Part shown: piece after piece, positions 47,622-51,702 of the stretch | Layout: every line of letters begins with the position of its first letter | How positions within the stretch are numbered: the first letter of the stretch is position 1 | Made by a program: the position numbers and the translations under genes | Source of the DNA: Vescimonas sp. | GTDB taxonomy: Bacteria; Bacillota; Clostridia; Oscillospirales; Oscillospiraceae | NCBI GenBank assembly: GCA_045650885.1 | Contig: JAZRRQ010000012.1 | Coordinates: 1 to 51,702, forward strand | Length of the DNA stretch: 51,702 bases | Reading direction: 5' to 3' | Notes under the pieces: model-generated | Databases searched by the model: none | The model's input: only the letters and a program-made list of their open reading frames with translations | What the model was told of the DNA's origin: nothing

Positions 47622-48446
47622 ATGGCCAACATCATTGAGATCCACGATTTTTCTGATCCGCAGTTGGACGTATACGCCCGCCTCACCGAGGCACAACTCC
47701 TCAACCGTCACTGTCTTGCCGACGGCCTTTTCATCGCCGAAAGCCCCCTTGTCATCGGGCGGGCGTTGGACGCAGGCTATGAGCCGGTATCTCTCCTGAT
47801 GGAACGCAAGCACATCGAGGGACAGGCGCGGGAGATCATCGAACGCTGCGGTGATGTACCGGTCTACACAGCGGAGTTCGACGTGCTGACACAACTGACC
47901 GGCTTTCAGCTGACCCGCGGCACATTGTGCGCTATGCGCCGCAAGATGCTGCCCACGGCAGAGGAGATCTGCCGCAATGCCCGGCGCATCGTGCTGCTGG
48001 AAAACGTCATGAACCCCACCAATGTGGGCGCCATCTTCCGCAGTGCCGCCGCACTGAACATGGACGCTGTTCTGCTGACTCCCGGCTGCTCCAATCCCCT
48101 CTATCGCCGCAGCGCCCGTGTCAGCATGGGTACTGTTTTCCAGATTCCCTGGACGTATTTAGGCAGTGAGATGGCCGACTGGCCGGAAAACGGCATGGCC
48201 AGACTGCGTGACATGGGCTTCAAGACCGCTGCCATGGCACTGCGCGCCGATTCTGTGTCCATTGATGACCCCGCCCTGATGGCAGAGGAAAAACTGTGCA
48301 TCGTACTGGGCACGGAGGGTGACGGTCTGGCCGGTGAAACCATTGCCGGCTGTGACTACACGGTGATGATCCCCATGTCTCACGGCGTAGACTCTTTGAA
48401 CGTGGCCGCCGCCAGCGCCGTGGCCTTCTGGCAGCTGGGACGATAA
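47622..48446 (+). CDS. TrmH/SpoU-family RNA methyltransferase
   Basis: NPTNVGAIFRSAAA, VLGTEGDGL, IPMSHGVDSLNVAAA. Confidence 0.93.
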   Translation: MANIIEIHDFSDPQLDVYARLTEAQLLNRHCLADGLFIAESPLVIGRALDAGYEPVSLLMERKHIEGQAREIIERCGDVPVYTAEFDVLTQLTGFQLTRGTLCAMRRKMLPTAEEICRNARRIVLLENVMNPTNVGAIFRSAAALNMDAVLLTPGCSNPLYRRSARVSMGTVFQIPWTYLGSEMADWPENGMARLRDMGFKTAAMALRADSVSIDDPALMAEEKLCIVLGTEGDGLAGETIAGCDYTVMIPMSHGVDSLNVAAASAVAFWQLGR

Positions 48447-48466
48447 TAGACATCTTCTGACAAAAC

Positions 48467-48497
48467 AAAAGCGATGCACAACTGTGCATCGCTTTTC
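48467..48497. terminator. Bidirectional terminator
   Basis: AAAAGCGATGCACA-ac-TGTGCATCGCTTTT. Confidence 0.85.
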
Positions 48498-48498
48498 C

Positions 48499-48975
48499 TT
48501 ATGCCTCGTTCACCAGCTTGCCGGTCATATGCTCCGGGGTCAGGGTGAACACCAGCGTATGATCCATGGCCTGAGCGATTTCATGCTCCACATAGGCAGT
48601 ATCATCGGTAAATTTGGCGCTGAGGCGGCGGATAAACTCCAGCGCGGCAGCCTCATCCTCCACCACCTGCAGGCGGCCGAAAACGATGACACTGCGGATA
48701 TTCAGCGCCCATTCGCCTTCGCGGCGATAACCCTCATCGTACACGCAGAAGGAGGCCTTGTCACACGCCTGCATAGCATCGCTGCGGTGGCCCTTCATAC
48801 CGCTGTGGAAATAGAGCTTACCGTCTGCTTCACAGTACCAGTGGTTCATGGGCATGCCATAGGGATAGCTGTCATCACCCAGCACGCTCAGCACACCGCG
48901 AGGCTGTGCTTTCAAAATCTCGACACACTCGCTCTGCGGCAGCTTTTGTTTTTCTCTTGCTACATCACGAAACAT
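48499..48975 (-). CDS. Pyridoxamine 5'-phosphate oxidase-like flavin-binding protein (NimA/NimC-like)
   Basis: GVLSV...PYGMPMN, LYFHS..GH, SFCV, SVIVFG, MTGK. Confidence 0.85.
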   Translation of the reverse strand: MFRDVAREKQKLPQSECVEILKAQPRGVLSVLGDDSYPYGMPMNHWYCEADGKLYFHSGMKGHRSDAMQACDKASFCVYDEGYRREGEWALNIRSVIVFGRLQVVEDEAAALEFIRRLSAKFTDDTAYVEHEIAQAMDHTLVFTLTPEHMTGKLVNEA

Positions 48976-48987
48976 GGCATTTCCTCC

Positions 48988-49746
48988 TTAAATAATACCC
49001 AGAATCTTCAAAAGCAGCAGTCCCAGCACCAAAATAATGATCGGGCGGGTAATACGGCTGCCCTTGGAAATGGCAAGGCCAGCGCCGACATAATTGCCCG
49101 CCATATTGCACACAGCCGCAGCCAAACCCAGTGGGAAAAACACCTGCCCATTGAGGATAAATACCGTCAGGCCCGCAATATTGCTGGAAAGGTTGATCAC
49201 CTTGGCCTGTGCATTGGCACGGCGGGGATCGATACCGGCCAGCACAGTAAAGGCGATGATCAGGAACGTTCCGGTGCCGGGGCCGTAGAATCCATCGTAA
49301 AAGCCGATCAGCAAGCTGCTGCCAAGGGCCACGACCCAAGTCTTGGTATTGAGTTTTACTGCTTCGTCCGCGTCACGGAACAGGCGGGGGCTGAGCACCA
49401 CCACTGCCACCACAGGCAGCACAAAGAGCAGCACCTTTTCCATCACATCCGCCGACACAGCCAGCGACACATTGGCGCCCAGAGAACTGCCGATCACCGC
49501 CATCACAATAGTCGGCACGGCCAGACGCCAGTTTACCAATCCTTCACGGATGAAGCGAATGGTGGCCAACGTCGTTCCACAGGTGGACGAGAGCTTATTG
49601 GTGGCGATGGCCTGATGAACCGGTACACCGGAGAGTATGTAGGCCGGCAGCGTAATCAATCCACCGCCGCCACCGATGGCATCCACCAGACCGCCAAGGA
49701 ACAGCAGCGGGCAGACGATCAAAAACATCTGAGGGGTTAACGTCAT
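48988..49746 (-). CDS. TSUP (TauE/SafE) family transporter
   Basis: VDAIGGGGGLITLP, ATNK, GFYDGFYGPGTGTF. Confidence 0.92.
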   Translation of the reverse strand: MTLTPQMFLIVCPLLFLGGLVDAIGGGGGLITLPAYILSGVPVHQAIATNKLSSTCGTTLATIRFIREGLVNWRLAVPTIVMAVIGSSLGANVSLAVSADVMEKVLLFVLPVVAVVVLSPRLFRDADEAVKLNTKTWVVALGSSLLIGFYDGFYGPGTGTFLIIAFTVLAGIDPRRANAQAKVINLSSNIAGLTVFILNGQVFFPLGLAAAVCNMAGNYVGAGLAISKGSRITRPIIILVLGLLLLKILGII

Positions 49747-49764
49747 TTGTTCTTCTCCCTGCCA

Positions 49765-50349
49765 TCAATTTTGCGAACGAAAGATGATCTCGCCGGTTTC
49801 GGCGTTCATAGAGTCCACAATGGCCAGCGACTCCAGCTGATAGCCCAAATTACGCATCCGCTTGCCGCCCTCCTGGAATCCCTTCTCGATGGCAATGCCC
49901 AGGCCTTCCACCGTAGCATCGGCAGCCTCCACCAGAGAAATGAGTCCCTGCAGCGCATAGCCGTTGGCCAGGAAATCATCGATAATCAACACATGGTCAT
50001 CGGCGTTCAGAAATTTCTTGGACACGACGACCTGATTACTGGTCTTATAGGTAAAAGAGGGCACCTCTGCCACGTACACATCGCCGTCAATGTTGATGGA
50101 CTTGGCCTTCTTGGCAAAAACCATCGGCACGCCGAAGGCTTCTGCCACCGGATAGGCAATGGCAATGCCGGAGGCCTCAATGGTCAGCACCTTGGTGATC
50201 TTCTTATGTGCAAAACGGCGGTGGAACTCCTGCCCGATTTCACGGAGCAGGGCAATATCCATCTGGTGGTTAAGAAAGCTATCCACTTTCAGCACATTTC
50301 CCTCTTTGACAATGCCGTCTTTCAAAATGCGCTCTTCCAGAAAATTCAT
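49765..50349 (-). CDS. xpt: Xanthine phosphoribosyltransferase
   Basis: [35 protein letters not shown]. Confidence 0.95.
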   Translation of the reverse strand: MNFLEERILKDGIVKEGNVLKVDSFLNHQMDIALLREIGQEFHRRFAHKKITKVLTIEASGIAIAYPVAEAFGVPMVFAKKAKSINIDGDVYVAEVPSFTYKTSNQVVVSKKFLNADDHVLIIDDFLANGYALQGLISLVEAADATVEGLGIAIEKGFQEGGKRMRNLGYQLESLAIVDSMNAETGEIIFRSQN

Positions 50350-50430
50350 AGCCAATACCTCCCCTTATTTTATATCAATATACCACAACGTTTTGTGTTT
50401 GTCAGCCATTTTCGCCAGAAATGTACAATA

Positions 50431-50459
50431 AAAAGCTGCCGCGCGCAGCACGGCAGCTT
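50431..50459 (-). terminator. Terminator after the YjjG-like gene
   Basis: AAAAGCTGCCG...CGGCAGCTT. Confidence 0.75.
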
Positions 50460-50483
50460 GGTTGACGGAAATGTTTCCCTAAC

Positions 50484-51179
50484 TCAGAGAATGGTTTCTA
50501 TCTCCTTCAATGATGACACATGATACTGTAATTTCATTCCGCACGGAATGCTTTTCTTACCGGGATTGTAGTAGCATGTCTGCATTCCAGATTGAATTCC
50601 TCCCGCCATATCAGATGACAGCGAATCTCCTATTATCATCATCTCGCAAGGCTGAATTTTCTGTTCTGATTTTGCATTCAAACGGTTTATACAAGTATTA
50701 AAGAATTTTTCAGAGGGCTTCGAGCTGCCGATCTCTTCTGAGATAAACAAATCCGAAAAATAAGGCAGCAGGCCGCTTATTTTAAGTCTGTTCACCTGCT
50801 GTGCATAGGGCCCGTTGCTGGCTACACAAAGGATATACTTGCCGTGCAGATATTCCAACAATTCCATTGCACCGCTTTCAGGAATCGCACTTTCAAACAA
50901 ACACTCCCGGAAGTATTTTTCAAAAGCCACTCCATCGTACGATATGCCCAAACATTCAAATATCATATTCCAGCGTTTTTCCTGCAATTCTTCAAAGTCC
51001 AATTCCCCTTTTTCAAGCTGCTGCCACAAGCCGGTGTTTATTTGATTGAAAACAGAGAACATTCCATCTTCATATGTTCCAATTTTGAATTTTTCAAATC
51101 CATTTTTCATGGATTCTTTAACATATTCATCAAAACTTAGCAGCGTATTATCAACATCGAACAGAATAACCTTTAACAT
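50484..51179 (-). CDS. YjjG-like HAD nucleotidase (AT-rich gene)
   Basis: LFDVDNTL, VASNG, FISEEIGSSKP, IGDSLSSDMAG; visibly lower GC than neighbours. Confidence 0.88.
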   Translation of the reverse strand: MLKVILFDVDNTLLSFDEYVKESMKNGFEKFKIGTYEDGMFSVFNQINTGLWQQLEKGELDFEELQEKRWNMIFECLGISYDGVAFEKYFRECLFESAIPESGAMELLEYLHGKYILCVASNGPYAQQVNRLKISGLLPYFSDLFISEEIGSSKPSEKFFNTCINRLNAKSEQKIQPCEMMIIGDSLSSDMAGGIQSGMQTCYYNPGKKSIPCGMKLQYHVSSLKEIETIL

Positions 51180-51234
51180 ATATGATCCTCCACACATCAG
51201 CGTCTTCCCGTCCCATTATAGCATACATAACGGC

Positions 51235-51266
51235 AAGAAGACAGAGGCAAATGCCTCTGTCTTCTT
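51235..51266 (-). terminator. Terminator after the spoIVB 3' fragment
   Basis: AAGAAGACAGAGGCA-aa-TGCCTCTGTCTTCTT. Confidence 0.85.
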
Positions 51267-51270
51267 GCGT

Positions 51271-51393
51271 CTATCCTGCCGCTTCCAGCATATTCTCTAT
51301 AAAAATCCCGTACCCGGTCGTCAGGTCATTGACAAGGACATGGGTGACAGCCCCCACCAATTTCCCATCTTGGATAATCGGGCTGCCGCTCAC
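51271..51393 (-). other. spoIVB: Isolated 3' fragment of SpoIVB peptidase (S55): split gene or displaced 3' end
   Basis: Translates as (V)[39 protein letters not shown]; the expected upstream GGIVQGM is absent; not in the ORF track. Confidence 0.9.
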
Positions 51394-51451
51394 GAGTAAT
51401 TGTCATTAGGGGCAACACATTTTAATCATTTATCAACCATGCGGACAGAAT

Positions 51452-51700
51452 TTATAGATTGTTCCACTCATCTCTTGAAATTGCAAACACTTTTGTAATA
51501 CCATTGGGTTCATCCTTGTATTCGTCTACCTGTTTGCATCCATAAGCTGTTGCAGTTTTGGCCGACGGTTCATTTGTATACTTCATATAGGAATAAATAA
51601 CGTTAAACGGTGTATGCAGGAATGTCCAATCTCTGACAGAAACGGATGCTTCCTTTGCATATCCCTTTCTCTGTTGGTCGCGTCTGATATGGTATCCGAT
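51452..51700 (-). CDS. RimJ/RimL-type GNAT acetyltransferase, 5'-truncated by the window edge
   Basis: IGYHIRRDQQRKGYAKEA...NEPSAKTA...FAISRDEWNNL*; AT-rich; not in the ORF track. Confidence 0.8.
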   Translation of the reverse strand: MGYHIRRDQQRKGYAKEASVSVRDWTFLHTPFNVIYSYMKYTNEPSAKTATAYGCKQVDEYKDEPNGITKVFAISRDEWNNL

Positions 51701-51702
51701 TT

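Noticed and set aside
50350-50460. Purine riboswitch upstream of xpt
   Set aside because: The promoter (CTGACA-17-TATATT) sits right against the RBS, leaving no room, and no aptamer consensus is visible

Overview
This 51.7-kb window looks like chromosome from a high-GC, spore-forming Clostridia bacterium (Oscillospiraceae-like; the taxonomy is inferred from gene content and style). From left to right it holds: partial serA; a phosphodiester-rich surface-polysaccharide locus (priming sugar transferase, epimerase, two LicD, Stealth, flippase); two tandem wHTH-LicC-like cytidylyltransferase paralogues with a PhnS/AfuA-type ABC importer; sigK split near its 3' end by a 4828-bp skin-like element (yyaL-like gene, small protein, Cu/Zn-SOD-like gene, 46-aa ORF, large serine recombinase) with readable att sites; and a tspO remnant. 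Housekeeping genes follow: GH36 alpha-galactosidase, HAD, cutC, pduL, tRNA-Thr, tsaD, rimI, polA, transporters, a two-component system with GerMN, dacA-like, RluA-family, a LytTR system with deacetylase/bactofilin, spo0A and purine-salvage genes. At the far right is an orphan spoIVB 3' fragment starting at the catalytic-Ser motif, next to low-GC genes, which suggests a second integrative element. The most notable signals are two genes of the sigma-K checkpoint (sigK, spoIVB) hit by site-specific elements, and a kinase-less Lic-like module whose two paralogues seem to have split enzyme and regulator roles. All protein calls come from motifs recognised by eye, with no database searches.
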